Source: Meiothermus sp. (GTDB taxonomy: Bacteria; Deinococcota; Deinococci; Deinococcales; Thermaceae). Taken from it: DNA of 15,763 nt. The stretch is from NCBI GenBank assembly GCA_033762915.1, contig JANRLD010000049.1:1-15763 (forward strand), read 5' to 3'. Position 1 is the stretch's first letter, and each line of letters begins with the position of its first letter. Position numbers and translations under genes: made by a program. Below the pieces are notes generated by a model. That model did not search any database. It was not told the DNA's origin and saw nothing but the letters and a program-made list of their open reading frames with translations. Below are positions 15,353 through 15,763 of the stretch, piece after piece.

Positions 15353-15517
15353 ATCGCGGCCACCCTGCGCCACCCCTCGAGCGGCATCAGAAAGCCCGAG
15401 CCCCTCAAACACTTGGGCTCGGGCTTCTGGTCTCGACGCATCACACAGGAACACCGGCTGGTCTACAAGGTTTGAGACGAGCGGATTGACTTCTTACAAG
15501 CTCGGTATCACTACTGA
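15353..15517 (+). pseudogene. yoeB: Txe/YoeB family toxin pseudogene
   Basis: [53 protein letters not shown]. Has the KPEPLK, WSRRI, EHRLVY and RYHY signatures, an internal TGA at 15473-15475, and no intact N-terminus. Confidence 0.9.
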
Positions 15518-15622
15518 TTCGGAGTCTACCTGACTTAATCATAGTAGGGCGTTCTGTGACCACCGAACAAGCAATCCCTTGATGTGATGGGCAGTTCACC
15601 CTACTACTCTTCCAGTGAGTAC

Positions 15623-15763
15623 TAGGCCGTGTTGACATTTAGCGGAGCAGAATCATCGTAGAAGCGAAGAGGGCGAAGGCCAGGAAGTTTCTGGCAGTCT
15701 GCTCAAAACGCGAAAAACCCTGCGGAACTGCTTGAGTTTGTTGAAGAAGCACTCGACGAGGTG
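15623..15763 (-). mobile_element. IS5-family insertion sequence, right end (IRR) plus transposase C-terminus; truncated by window edge
   Basis: TA-GGCCGTGTTGACATTTAG at 15623-15642. Minus strand reads HLVECFFNKLKQFRRVF, then after a frameshift RFEQTARNFLAFALFASTMILLR*, with the stop (15641-15639) inside the IR. Confidence 0.9.

Noticed and set aside
15392..15426. Rho-independent terminator
   Set aside because: The hairpin lies inside the yoeB relic (KPEP/LGSGF codons) and no intact gene ends there, so terminator function is unsupported.

Overview
High-GC bacterial DNA, probably Deinococcota (Meiothermus/Calidithermus-like). This is inferred from gene content, leaderless TANNNT promoters and very frequent CTCGAG. 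Both ends run exactly 141 nt into the same IS5-family element, with its N-terminal end on the left and its C-terminal end on the right. In between, in order: a lower-GC membrane-protein gene; a ppsA C-terminal relic; a family III CoA-transferase; an Lpt-like envelope operon (LptA/C-like, a short LptD-like protein, LptF/G); a 300-bp element bounded by inverted repeats; and a four-gene type IV minor-pilin operon. The 713-aa PilX/ComZ-like tip protein of that operon carries a CXXCH motif and an EF-hand-like loop. Next come two inverted copies of a 200-bp nested MITE flanking a DUF420 gene and a small helical-protein gene, a secreted M16 peptidase pair, and a yoeB toxin pseudogene. All calls come from reading the sequence by eye; no searches were run.
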